The notes beneath the pieces are model-generated. The model saw nothing but the letters and a program-made list of their open reading frames with translations, was not told the DNA's origin and searched no databases. From contig MFZK01000014.1 of the NCBI GenBank assembly GCA_001789395.1, positions 113,130-167,761 of the forward strand: a stretch of 54,632 bases of DNA, written 5' to 3'. Positions within the stretch are counted from its first letter, which is position 1, and the number at the start of each line of letters is the position of its first letter. This stretch comes from Candidatus Roizmanbacteria bacterium RIFCSPHIGHO2_02_FULL_37_13b (GTDB lineage: Bacteria > Patescibacteriota > Microgenomatia > UBA1406 > HO2-37-13b). This document shows, in pieces, positions 7,993 through 17,084 of this stretch. The position numbers and the translations under genes are program-made.

Positions 7993-8653
7993 CCTGACTT
8001 TTCCCCAGAGATTTATTTAGAACCGAAAATGCTATGTCTGTTTGTTTGCTGTCGAGAACAATTGTAAATTCAGTATATGTAGAAACACTGTCGATGACAT
8101 TAATGTTTTGCCATGCAAGTTGTTTTAATATCGCATAATGTACACCGGGAGTTTTGACGGTATTTTCGGGTAGCTTAATCGTGATTGAGGAAAGGTTCTT
8201 TAAAATCGACACAAGATCTTCTTCTTTAAAAATATTTCTAATATCATTTTCAATGATGGAACTGCCGAAAAGCGTCGTCTCAAATATTCCATGCGTTATA
8301 GTCAAGAATGTATTTTTGCTTTTTTCTATTTTCTTTAATAATTTAGCATGTTTATAAACTAAGGTGTCAGAATTCGTAAAAGTATATTCAATCAAATTAG
8401 ATCGTACGGTAATGTCACCAAGCTGACGCAACGTTTGTGAGAGATTCGATCTATCTTTTGACATGTTTATATTCTGCCGTTTTAGAGCCATGATTATGGC
8501 TCCAAGTTTTATTTTCTTAAACAATTCAGATTCAATATATGGTTTGATATATCGTGCCAATGAAGATAGATTAATAAGTCGTTTTTCCAATGCTTCTTCA
8601 ATGTAGGGCGTCGTTTGAATATATCGATTGACTATCTGTGATATGGTTAACAT
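7985..8653 (-). CDS. hypothetical protein with a C-terminal ACT-like (ACT_7-type) domain
   Basis: 222 aa. The C-terminal segment PGVHYAILKQLAWQNINVIDSVSTYTEFTIVLDSKQ resembles ACT-type small-ligand binding folds. It is divergent from the lysine operon. The functional call is tentative. Confidence 0.45.
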   Translation of the reverse strand: MLTISQIVNRYIQTTPYIEEALEKRLINLSSLARYIKPYIESELFKKIKLGAIIMALKRQNINMSKDRSNLSQTLRQLGDITVRSNLIEYTFTNSDTLVYKHAKLLKKIEKSKNTFLTITHGIFETTLFGSSIIENDIRNIFKEEDLVSILKNLSSITIKLPENTVKTPGVHYAILKQLAWQNINVIDSVSTYTEFTIVLDSKQTDIAFSVLNKSLGKSQVI

Positions 8654-8702
8654 GTTAATAATTTAACATTTTATATAAAAAAAGTCAAGTTTATATATAA
8701 AT

Positions 8703-8731
8703 TTGACAAATAAAGATAACATCAATAAAAT
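8703..8731 (+). promoter_or_regulatory. sigma70-like promoter of the lysine operon (TTGACA-17 nt-TAAAAT)
   Basis: TTGACA at 8703-8708, a 17-nt spacer, then TAAAAT at 8726-8731. It lies about 30 nt upstream of the lysW ATG. Confidence 0.45.
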
Positions 8732-8761
8732 ACTGCTAATTTAGAAGTTTTTATAAAACGC

Positions 8762-8935
8762 ATGTCAACAAATTGCCCTATTTGTGATGCTAACCTGGAA
8801 ATTCAGGACAATATTGAAGCAAGCGAAGTTATTTCTTGTTCGGACTGCAATAACCAACTGGTTGTCGCTGAAAAAAAAGAAGATAGAGTGATCCTTGAAG
8901 AAGCGCCGGAGGTAGAAGAGGACTGGGGAGAGTAA
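8762..8935 (+). CDS. lysW: LysW, alpha-aminoadipate/glutamate amino-group carrier protein
   Basis: 57-aa ORF, below the ORF-track cutoff, translated by hand: MSTNCPICDANLEIQDNIEASEVISCSDCNNQLVVAEKKEDRVILEEAPEVEEDWGE. It has a CxxC...CxxC zinc ribbon and the hallmark acidic C-terminus EDWGE, and lies directly upstream of lysX. Confidence 0.85.
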   Translation: MSTNCPICDANLEIQDNIEASEVISCSDCNNQLVVAEKKEDRVILEEAPEVEEDWGE

Positions 8936-8939
8936 GGAT

Positions 8940-9785
8940 ATGGTTATTGGTTTATTACATACAACAATTAGGACTGATGAGAAATTGCTGATTGAAGCTG
9001 CGAAAAAAAGAAACGTTAAAATGATGCTGATTGATGTTCGAGAATCAGCTTTTTTACCGTCCATTCTTTACAATTTCGATGTGGTTTTGGAGCGCTGCGT
9101 ATCAACAACCAAAGGTAATTATGCTATTTCATTTTTTGAGTCCCTAAACATACCGGTGGTTAACTCATCACGAGTTGCAGCTATATGCGAAGATAAATTT
9201 TTAACATCTCTAGCACTTTATAAAAATAAAGTTAAAGAGCCACAATTTGCTATGGTTTTTAATATTGATCAGGCTGTCATTACGATTGAAAAGATGGGTG
9301 GTTATCCTGTAGTTATAAAACCAACAAAAGGATCATGGGGACGACTGTTGGCAAAAGTAAATGATAGCGATGCCTTGGAAACAATTTTAGAACACAAAAC
9401 AGTTTTAGGCTCACCACAGCATAAAGCATTTTATATTCAGCAATACATTGATAAAGCAGGTGTTGATATTAGAGCATTTGTAATTGATGGTGTGGTTATC
9501 TCGGCCATTTCACGTCGAAGTGATCACTGGATTACTAACACAGCACGGGGAGGTAGTGTTGAAAACTATCATGTAACGCAATCACTTCAAGATATTTGTA
9601 AATCTGCAAGCTATGCCGTAGGTGGAGGAGTATTAGCTATTGATTTAATGGAGACAGATAGTGGTTATTTAGTCAATGAAATCAACCACACTATGGAATT
9701 TAAAAATAGTGAAATTCCAACGGGAGTTAGTATTTCTGGTGCTATTATCGATTATTGTTTAAAAATTATAAATAAAAAATGTTAG
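8940..9785 (+). CDS. lysX: LysX, RimK-type ATP-grasp ligase (alpha-aminoadipate--LysW ligase)
   Basis: 281-aa ATP-grasp protein of RimK/LysX size and pattern, immediately after lysW. Confidence 0.85.
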   Translation: MVIGLLHTTIRTDEKLLIEAAKKRNVKMMLIDVRESAFLPSILYNFDVVLERCVSTTKGNYAISFFESLNIPVVNSSRVAAICEDKFLTSLALYKNKVKEPQFAMVFNIDQAVITIEKMGGYPVVIKPTKGSWGRLLAKVNDSDALETILEHKTVLGSPQHKAFYIQQYIDKAGVDIRAFVIDGVVISAISRRSDHWITNTARGGSVENYHVTQSLQDICKSASYAVGGGVLAIDLMETDSGYLVNEINHTMEFKNSEIPTGVSISGAIIDYCLKIINKKC

Positions 9786-9871
9786 TAACCAGTTTTTTGA
9801 GGAACCATCTGTTTGAGTCCCGACATTTCAATAGGGACGAGTTTGGTACCGGAAAAAAATTGGTTACTAAC
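9781..9871. repeat. 91-nt extended imperfect hairpin between lysX and lysY
   Basis: The outer stem GTTAGTAACCA(G)TTTTTT (9781-9798) pairs with AAAAAA(T)TGGTTACTAAC (9854-9871). Two inner helices are GGAACCA/TGGTACC (6 of 7) and GTCCC/GGGAC. The structure includes the lysX stop codon and ends 8 nt before the lysY ATG. Confidence 0.6.
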
Positions 9872-9878
9872 TTAAAAC

Positions 9879-10928
9879 ATGAGAAATAAAATTAGCGTTT
9901 CTATTCTAGGCGGGTCAGGGTATGCGGGTGGTGAATTGCTTCGGATTTTATTACAACATCCTAATGTTGAAGTATCCCAAGTAACATCTCGTAAGTTTGA
10001 AGGACAATTCGTCACGGTAGTACACCCTAATTTGAGAAAACGAACATCACTTTCCTTTATTGGTCCTGAAAAACTTGAGCGTTGTGATTTATTATTCGTG
10101 GCGCTACCTAATGGAGAATCAATGAATCAGGTGATGCAACTGATTAATAAAGCTAAAAAAATAATTGATCTCGGTGCTGATTTTAGATTACACAATAAAT
10201 CAATTTTTGAAGAATGGTATAAACAACAACATATTAGTCCTCATCTATTAACGAAATTTGTCTATGGAATTTGTGAACTCCATCGATCAGAAATTAAAAA
10301 ATCCCGATTCGTAGCTTGTGCGGGCTGTGAAGCAACTGTGTCCATTCTAGCCCTTTATCCATTGATTAAACATAATTTGATAGAAAGCAAGATTATAATC
10401 GACGCCAAAATGTCTAGTTCTCAAGCAGGGGTTTCTCCTACTCTTTCTTCTCATCATCCGGAGCGTGCTGGTGCAGTGCGTTCGTACATGCCGACCGGAC
10501 ACCGTCATGCTGCTGAGATAATCCAGGAATTATCAATTAATGGTTTTATACCTGATATCGCAATTTCAGCTACGGCAATTGATATGGTTAGGGGACTTTT
10601 AGTGACTTGTCATGTGAGTCCCAAACGGAATATCACGGAAAAAAATATTTGGTCTTCTTATCGTGAAGTATATAGAAACGAGCCATTTATCCGTATTGTG
10701 AAAGAAAAACGAGGTTTATATCGTTACCCCGAGCCAAAAATTCTTCAAGGCACAAACTATTGTGATATTGGATTTGAAATGGATAGTAGGTCAAACAGGC
10801 TTGTAATTATTGCAGCTATAGACAATTTAGTTAAAGGCACTGCAGGACAAGCAGTCCAAGCAATGAACGTGATGTATGGTTATGAAGAAATCACTGCTTT
10901 AGAATTTACCGGTCTTCATCCCATCTAA
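9879..10928 (+). CDS. lysY: LysY, [LysW]-aminoadipyl-phosphate reductase (ArgC family)
   Basis: 349 aa. It has the N-terminal NAD-binding motif GGSGYAGGELLR and an active-site Cys in ACAGCEAT. Confidence 0.85.
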   Translation: MRNKISVSILGGSGYAGGELLRILLQHPNVEVSQVTSRKFEGQFVTVVHPNLRKRTSLSFIGPEKLERCDLLFVALPNGESMNQVMQLINKAKKIIDLGADFRLHNKSIFEEWYKQQHISPHLLTKFVYGICELHRSEIKKSRFVACAGCEATVSILALYPLIKHNLIESKIIIDAKMSSSQAGVSPTLSSHHPERAGAVRSYMPTGHRHAAEIIQELSINGFIPDIAISATAIDMVRGLLVTCHVSPKRNITEKNIWSSYREVYRNEPFIRIVKEKRGLYRYPEPKILQGTNYCDIGFEMDSRSNRLVIIAAIDNLVKGTAGQAVQAMNVMYGYEEITALEFTGLHPI

Positions 10929-10933
10929 GTAAT

Positions 10934-12148
10934 ATGTTTAAAGGAATTATTGATACAACGCTCCGGGATGGTCAACAGTCGCCTCTTCTTTTTGATAGCT
11001 ACAAATATAGTTTTAGTTTAAGTGATAAGCAAAAACTACTTTTTGGACTACTAAATTTGGGTGTTAAATATATTGAATTTTTTTCTCCGGTTGTTTCAAA
11101 TCACGAAAAAAAAGAATTTATTGAAATCAAAAAAAATATTAAAGCGATTGATAAAAGGACGAAACTGTTAGCACATTGTCGATGTAATTTAAATGATATA
11201 AACGAGGCAATAACGGTAGGTTTTGACGGATTAAATTTATATTTAAACGGCACAAAAGACGCAAGACTCCATAGTTACAACAAAAATTTATCGACGCTAA
11301 AAGCAGATATCAAAAAAATCATTACGGAAATCAGATCAAAATATCCTGGTCTATATCTTCGTTTCAGTATAGAAGACGCCTTTAGAACAAAAAAACAAGA
11401 CTTATATTCAATTTTTGATGAAATATATGGATTTGTGAATACTTTAGGTATTCCAGATACCGTCGGGATTGCTTCGCCGGATATTGTCAAAGTTTTGGTT
11501 TCTGATTTAACGCATCGCTATCCACATGTTGATTTGGAATGTCATTTCCATAATGATAGGGGACTTGCGCTAATAAATACAATCATTGCCATAGAATCGG
11601 GCGTTTCATATGCTGATACGTCAATTTGGGGGTTAGCAGAGCGGTCAGGGATTGCATCGACCACAGGCGTCCTGTTTAATTTATTTCAAACTGATAAAAA
11701 TTTGGTTAAGGATTACAATTTAGCCCTTTGTTATCCTTTAAACGTCTTAATGGGTTCAATATTGCACATGCAGGTTCCCTATAATGAACCCGTATCAATC
11801 ACTAATAGAACGCATATTGCCGGCGTTCATCATAAAGCTGTTTTAAATTCGACAACAATTTATGAAGCTCATCACTTGGAGCGATTCGGTGTGACCAAAA
11901 ACCAATTACTTCTTGGTCCTTTGACCGGCTGGAATTTAATTTACTACTATCTAAAAGAATTTGAATTCTTTGATATTTCTCAAGAACAAGCCAAAAGAAT
12001 TGCGTTGGAGTTTAAGAACCAGGCAAAAAAACTAAATGAGAGATTTCGACCCGAGATATTGCTGATCAATATTGCTAATCAATATCAATTAAAAAAAATT
12101 AACATTAAAAATCAGTATCTAGAGAGAAGATTAGAGAACTTGTCGTAA
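10934..12148 (+). CDS. homocitrate synthase (HCS / 2-isopropylmalate synthase family)
   Basis: Has the DTTLRDGQQSP motif and the HxH metal site (ECHFHNDRGLA). It sits within the AAA pathway cluster. Confidence 0.85.
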   Translation: MFKGIIDTTLRDGQQSPLLFDSYKYSFSLSDKQKLLFGLLNLGVKYIEFFSPVVSNHEKKEFIEIKKNIKAIDKRTKLLAHCRCNLNDINEAITVGFDGLNLYLNGTKDARLHSYNKNLSTLKADIKKIITEIRSKYPGLYLRFSIEDAFRTKKQDLYSIFDEIYGFVNTLGIPDTVGIASPDIVKVLVSDLTHRYPHVDLECHFHNDRGLALINTIIAIESGVSYADTSIWGLAERSGIASTTGVLFNLFQTDKNLVKDYNLALCYPLNVLMGSILHMQVPYNEPVSITNRTHIAGVHHKAVLNSTTIYEAHHLERFGVTKNQLLLGPLTGWNLIYYYLKEFEFFDISQEQAKRIALEFKNQAKKLNERFRPEILLINIANQYQLKKINIKNQYLERRLENLS

Positions 12149-12150
12149 AT

Positions 12151-13410
12151 ATGGCTCAAACAATCGCCGAGAAAATATTTTCTGAACATGTAGGTAAAAC
12201 AGTCTTTGCTGGTGACTATGTCATCGCTGATCTTGATTTAATCATGGCTCATGATACGACATGTGCTTGGGCTATTGAGCCTTTTTATAAAATTGCCAAA
12301 AAAGTATTTGACAAATCAAAAATTTTTATTCCGTTCGATCATGCCTTCCCGGCCCCAAATGTGAAAATGGCAAGTCTTCAAGCCAAAATCCGAAAATTTG
12401 CAGATCAGCAAGGGGTGCCAATCACGATCGATGGCGTTTGTCATCAGATCATGTCGGAGCGGTTCATATACCCGGGAGATCTTATTTTAGGCGCCGACTC
12501 ACACAGTCCGACAGGTGGTGGTCTTGGCGGCCTGACCATTGGCGTTGGTTCAACAGATGCGGCAATTGCAATGGCGTCAGGCAAATGCTGGTTTCAGGTC
12601 CCAAAGACAATTCGAATTGAGATAACAGGTAAGTTACCTAAGGGAGTATTTTCAAAAGATGTAGTCTTACAGGTTGCAAAACAAATCGGACCAGATGGTG
12701 GAAATTATCGAGTACTTGAATATGGTGGAGATACAATAAGAAATTTTGATGTACCTGCACGGTTAACATTGACCAATATGTCTGCGGAAATGGGAGCAAA
12801 AGCGGCGATTGTTGAACCCGACAAGAAAACTGCTGAATATCTAAAAGACAATATGCGCGGCAGGAAATTCGATGAAGACGTGCTTAAAAGCGATCCTGAT
12901 TGCAGATACGAAAAAACGCTTCATTTTAATGTTTCAGAACTGTCACCACAAATTGCCAAGCCGCCCGACATTGATAGAGTTGTAAAAGTTTCAGAATTAG
13001 AGAAAAAAAAGATCAATGTTGATCAAGTGTTTATTGGCTCATGTACAAATTGTAGGATTGAAGACTTGGATGTCGTCAGTAATTTATGGAGAAATCGCAA
13101 ACTTAATAAAAAAGTAAGAACAATAATTACACCGGCATCAAAAAAGGTAATGATGCAGGCGCTGTCAAAAGGGTATGTTGATTTTTTTATGAAACTCGGA
13201 GCCATTATATTAAATCCCGGATGCGGTCCGTGTTTGGGCCGTCATGGTGGTGTATTAGCTGATAATGAAGTATGCGTATCGACAAGCAACAGAAATTTTA
13301 CCGGAAGAATGGGTAGTCCCAAGGCGAAGATCTACCTGGCCAGTCCGGCAACAGCTGCGGCATCAGCCATAACAGGATATATAACTGACCCGAGACAATT
13401 TATAAGTTAA
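12151..13410 (+). CDS. lysT: homoaconitase large subunit (LeuC/HacA family)
   Basis: Aconitase-family motifs are present: DLIMAHD, GADSHSPTGG, and the Fe-S cysteines in IGSCTNCR and PGCGPCLG. Confidence 0.85.
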   Translation: MAQTIAEKIFSEHVGKTVFAGDYVIADLDLIMAHDTTCAWAIEPFYKIAKKVFDKSKIFIPFDHAFPAPNVKMASLQAKIRKFADQQGVPITIDGVCHQIMSERFIYPGDLILGADSHSPTGGGLGGLTIGVGSTDAAIAMASGKCWFQVPKTIRIEITGKLPKGVFSKDVVLQVAKQIGPDGGNYRVLEYGGDTIRNFDVPARLTLTNMSAEMGAKAAIVEPDKKTAEYLKDNMRGRKFDEDVLKSDPDCRYEKTLHFNVSELSPQIAKPPDIDRVVKVSELEKKKINVDQVFIGSCTNCRIEDLDVVSNLWRNRKLNKKVRTIITPASKKVMMQALSKGYVDFFMKLGAIILNPGCGPCLGRHGGVLADNEVCVSTSNRNFTGRMGSPKAKIYLASPATAAASAITGYITDPRQFIS

Positions 13411-13549
13411 ATCAATTTTTATGGATAGAATATGTCTGTTCGCAAATGCATCAAGCTCATCAAACTACATAATGAACCCGAGAGCTTTACCTCGCGTGAC
13501 ATTTGCTCACATCCATATTCTTCACCATATTTAATTTTATTGTTAGAAC

Positions 13550-14053
13550 ATGAACTGGATATTTGGAGATAACATAAATACTGATTTGATTACACCAGGT
13601 AGGTATAATATCACGACTGATCCTTATGAGTTGGCGAGTATTGTTTTCATTGAACATCGACCTGATTTTAGAAATAAAGTAAAAAAAGGAGATTTTGTTT
13701 TAGCCGGTCAGAATTTTGGCTGTGGTTCATCTCGAGAGACTGCAGTCATCGCCCTAAAATATTGCGGAATTGAAGCTGTTTTGGCCAAGTCATTCGCACG
13801 AATATACTACAGAAATTGTATGAATATTGGACTTTTAGCAATCCAGGTTGATACGAGTAAAATTTCACAAAAAGATAATCTGGAGCTTGATTTAAAGAAT
13901 CTAAATCTAATTAATAGGTCAAAAAAAACCAAACAAGATTTGATCATTCCCCCAATGATGATGACTCTATATCAGAGTAACGGAATTATCTCTTACATCA
14001 GGAAAAATGGACTGAATAGTTTATCAAAATTAGTGGATAGTATCAATATATGA
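13550..14053 (+). CDS. lysU: homoaconitase small subunit (LeuD/HacB family)
   Basis: The motifs FGDNINTDLITPG and GQNFGCGSSRE are typical of archaeal-type small subunits. Confidence 0.85.
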   Translation: MNWIFGDNINTDLITPGRYNITTDPYELASIVFIEHRPDFRNKVKKGDFVLAGQNFGCGSSRETAVIALKYCGIEAVLAKSFARIYYRNCMNIGLLAIQVDTSKISQKDNLELDLKNLNLINRSKKTKQDLIIPPMMMTLYQSNGIISYIRKNGLNSLSKLVDSINI

Positions 14054-15045
14054 AACTTATTAAACTTTGTGCCATAGGAGGTGATGGTATAGGACCCGAT
14101 GTATTAGAATCGGGACTTAAAGTTTTAAAAAAATTAGTACCGGAAATTGAAATAAAATTTGAAATAGCTGGGTATGGAGCATATCAAAAACATGGTAGAT
14201 CACTACCAGATCATACGCTTCAAACCTGCCGTAATTCTGATGTCATTCTTTTTGGCGCAGTGACCACCCCTCCTCTAATCAAAAATTATCAAAGCCCAAT
14301 AATCCGAATAAGACAAGAATTGAATTTATATGCCAATGTCAGGCCTTTTTTTTCATTACCGATAAAGGACACCTGTCGTGATATTGATTTATTAATAATT
14401 CGTGAAAATACTCAAGGACTATATAGCGGTATTGAAAAGAAAATTGATGGTGGTTTTTCTGCAGAAAGGATTATTACTAAAAAAGCATCCGAGAGAATTC
14501 TTTCTTTTGCATTCTCATATGCACAAAAAAGAAGAAAAAAAGTAACAGTGATACATAAAGCCAATATACTGAGGTTAACTGATGGACTTTTTTTGTCATT
14601 AGCAAAAAAAATGGCCAAAAAATATCCTCAGGTTGAATGCAATGACATGTTGGTCGATACCTGTGCTTTTCAACTCATCAAAAACCCTCAATCTTTTGAT
14701 GTCATTGTTACTACCAATATGTTTGGCGATATTTTATCTGATGAAGTTGCAGGACTTATTGGTGGACTTGGTGTTTGCGCATCGGCAAATATAGGTCCCC
14801 ATAATGCTCTTTTTGAGCCAGTGCATGGATCTGCTCCGAAATATGCAGGTCAGGATAAGGTTAATCCGATGGCAATGTTATTTGCAGTTTGCATGATGCT
14901 TGATTATTTGTCGTTGCGTCAAGAAGCAGATTTGTTGAGAAAAACAACTATTACAGCTATAAAAAAAGGAAATGTTACCTATGACCTTGGAGGAAAGTAT
15001 AAAACATCAGAAGTAGTTAATTATATTATGAATAATATCAAATAA
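14050..15045 (+). CDS. homoisocitrate dehydrogenase (isocitrate/isopropylmalate dehydrogenase family)
   Basis: 331 aa. It carries beta-decarboxylating dehydrogenase motifs (IGGDGIGPDV, NLYANVRP, NMFGDILSDE). Confidence 0.85.
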   Translation: MKLIKLCAIGGDGIGPDVLESGLKVLKKLVPEIEIKFEIAGYGAYQKHGRSLPDHTLQTCRNSDVILFGAVTTPPLIKNYQSPIIRIRQELNLYANVRPFFSLPIKDTCRDIDLLIIRENTQGLYSGIEKKIDGGFSAERIITKKASERILSFAFSYAQKRRKKVTVIHKANILRLTDGLFLSLAKKMAKKYPQVECNDMLVDTCAFQLIKNPQSFDVIVTTNMFGDILSDEVAGLIGGLGVCASANIGPHNALFEPVHGSAPKYAGQDKVNPMAMLFAVCMMLDYLSLRQEADLLRKTTITAIKKGNVTYDLGGKYKTSEVVNYIMNNIK

Positions 15046-15048
15046 TTA

Positions 15049-15861
15049 ATGACTAGTCAGAAATTTTTAATAAAGGTTGGTGGAGGAGAAAAAATTAATT
15101 GGCATTATATTGCCAAAGATTTAGTTGGGATTACTAAAAAAGCAAAAATAGTGATGGTCCATGGAGCTAATGCAATAAGAGACGAAATTGCTAAAAAAAT
15201 GGGAGTACCTACGAGGATTATTACTTCACCTTCGGGTGTATCAAGTGTATATACAGACAGCCTAGCACTCGATATTTTTTTGATGAGTTATGCAGGATTA
15301 GCCAACAAACGTATTGTTTCATTAATGCAAAAATCAGGTCTGAATGCAGTTGGTTTATCTGGTGTCGATGGTAGATTATGGCAAGCTAAGAGAAAGCAGC
15401 ATACGTTTTCGGTTGAGAATGGAAAAACAAAACTAATTAAAAATAACCTTACAGGTCGAGTTGAAGAAATTAATGTGAAATTGATAAATACTCTTTTAAA
15501 AAATTATTTTTTACCCGTTATTTGTCCTCCGGCTATTGACGAAGATAGTCAAATAGTTAATATCGATGGCGATATCGCTGCAGTAAGAACTGCTGCAGCT
15601 CTCGGTATTAAAAAAATTGTTTTTTTGTTCGAAAGTCCGGGTTTGCTTAGACTATATCCAGATGAAAAGTCCTTAATAAATAAAGTGGAGAAAGATAATA
15701 TTGATAAGTATTTACCCATGGTTGTAGGCAGAATGAAAAAGAAAATATTAGCCGTGGAGAAAGCATTCGATTTAGGAATGCAAACCGTTTATTTTGGTGA
15801 TGGTCGCTATGAAAATCCGATTACAAATATTTTGGCGGGAAAAGGTACGATTATTAGTTAA
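15049..15861 (+). CDS. lysZ: LysZ, [LysW]-aminoadipate kinase (acetylglutamate kinase family)
   Basis: 270-aa amino-acid kinase fold (IKVGGGE, VHGANA). Confidence 0.85.
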   Translation: MTSQKFLIKVGGGEKINWHYIAKDLVGITKKAKIVMVHGANAIRDEIAKKMGVPTRIITSPSGVSSVYTDSLALDIFLMSYAGLANKRIVSLMQKSGLNAVGLSGVDGRLWQAKRKQHTFSVENGKTKLIKNNLTGRVEEINVKLINTLLKNYFLPVICPPAIDEDSQIVNIDGDIAAVRTAAALGIKKIVFLFESPGLLRLYPDEKSLINKVEKDNIDKYLPMVVGRMKKKILAVEKAFDLGMQTVYFGDGRYENPITNILAGKGTIIS

Positions 15862-15875
15862 AAGATTTTCTATTT

Positions 15876-17069
15876 ATGAAAAATTACTTATTTTTGGAAA
15901 AACAAGTATTGCTTCCTCTTTATCCACAGCGAGGACTGGTTTTAGTACGTGGACAAGGCGTTCATCTTTATGATATAAACAACAAAGAATATCTTGATAT
16001 GATGAGTAACTACGGCGTTAACATCTTCGGACACACAAATCAATTTATTTTAAACGCAATTTCATATCAGCTTAAAAAAATCACGAATCTACATGGAAGT
16101 TTTACATCAAGTATGCGTGTTGAGGCTGCTGACAGATTAATCAAAATGTGCAAATTGCCAGAGTATCAGATATATTTTTCCAATTCAGGTACAGAGGCAA
16201 TGGAAGCGGCTTTAAAATTTGCTGTTTTGACAACCGGAAAAAAGAAATTCATTGTAATGAAAAATAATTATCACGGTAAGACGTTGGGGGCACTATCGAC
16301 TATGGTTGGATCTAAATATCAAAAACCCTTTTTACCTCTTCTTTGGGATATGGTTGAGACAGAATTTGGTGACATCAAGGATTTAACAAAAAAAATTTCC
16401 TCTGAATTTGCTGCAGTAGTTTTAGAACCGATACAAGGAGAAGGGGGAATTCATGTACCCAGCGGTGATTATTTAAGAGATGTTCAACGTCTATGTCAAA
16501 GTTGCAATGTACTCATGATTGTAGATGAAATTCAAACTGGAGCTGGTAGAACCGGTGAATTTCTATGCAGTAGTTATAGTCGGATTGAACCCGATATCAT
16601 TGCTTTGGGAAAGGGAATTGGTGGAGGTTTGCCGGTTGGGGTAACTTTAGTAAGTAGACAAGTTTCACAAAAAATAATTCGGGGAATTCATAGTTCGACT
16701 TTTGGAGGAAATCCATTGACCTGTGCCGGTATTTGCGCAAGTCTTGAATATATGATCGAAAACGATATTTTTTCACATGTCAAAAAAATCGGTGATTACT
16801 TTATTAACCAACTTATGAGTATTAAATCACCCCATATTAAACAGGTTAGAGGTAAGGGTCTAATGATTGGCGTTGAATTGGATCAACCTGTTACTCCAGT
16901 TTTAAAATTCATGCAGGATAACGGAATATTAGTAATACCAGGAGGAGATATGGTGGTTCGGTTCTTGCCACCATATATTATCGAGAAAAAACATGTTGAC
17001 AAGACAATTAATGTTTTTAACAAGGCTTTAAAATCGTTAATTGTTACCAGTAATATCAAATCCGCTTGA
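15876..17069 (+). CDS. lysJ: LysJ, class III aminotransferase ([LysW]-aminoadipate semialdehyde / acetylornithine aminotransferase family)
   Basis: Motifs SNSGTEAMEAALK, DEIQTGAGRTG and the PLP-lysine context ALGKGIGGG are present. Confidence 0.85.
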   Translation: MKNYLFLEKQVLLPLYPQRGLVLVRGQGVHLYDINNKEYLDMMSNYGVNIFGHTNQFILNAISYQLKKITNLHGSFTSSMRVEAADRLIKMCKLPEYQIYFSNSGTEAMEAALKFAVLTTGKKKFIVMKNNYHGKTLGALSTMVGSKYQKPFLPLLWDMVETEFGDIKDLTKKISSEFAAVVLEPIQGEGGIHVPSGDYLRDVQRLCQSCNVLMIVDEIQTGAGRTGEFLCSSYSRIEPDIIALGKGIGGGLPVGVTLVSRQVSQKIIRGIHSSTFGGNPLTCAGICASLEYMIENDIFSHVKKIGDYFINQLMSIKSPHIKQVRGKGLMIGVELDQPVTPVLKFMQDNGILVIPGGDMVVRFLPPYIIEKKHVDKTINVFNKALKSLIVTSNIKSA

Positions 17070-17084
17070 TTACATACATCCAGC

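Noticed and set aside
8732-8761. Possible lysine riboswitch or T-box leader upstream of the lysine operon or LysRS
   Set aside because: The leader between the predicted -10 and the lysW ATG is only about 30 nt. LysRS has no leader because its start overlaps the upstream gene. Both are far too short for an L-box or T-box.
8765-9064. 99-aa minus-strand ORF in the ORF track
   Set aside because: It lies antisense to lysW and the start of lysX, both of which have strong family signatures. Its sequence is low-complexity and hydrophobic, typical of an AT-rich antisense frame.
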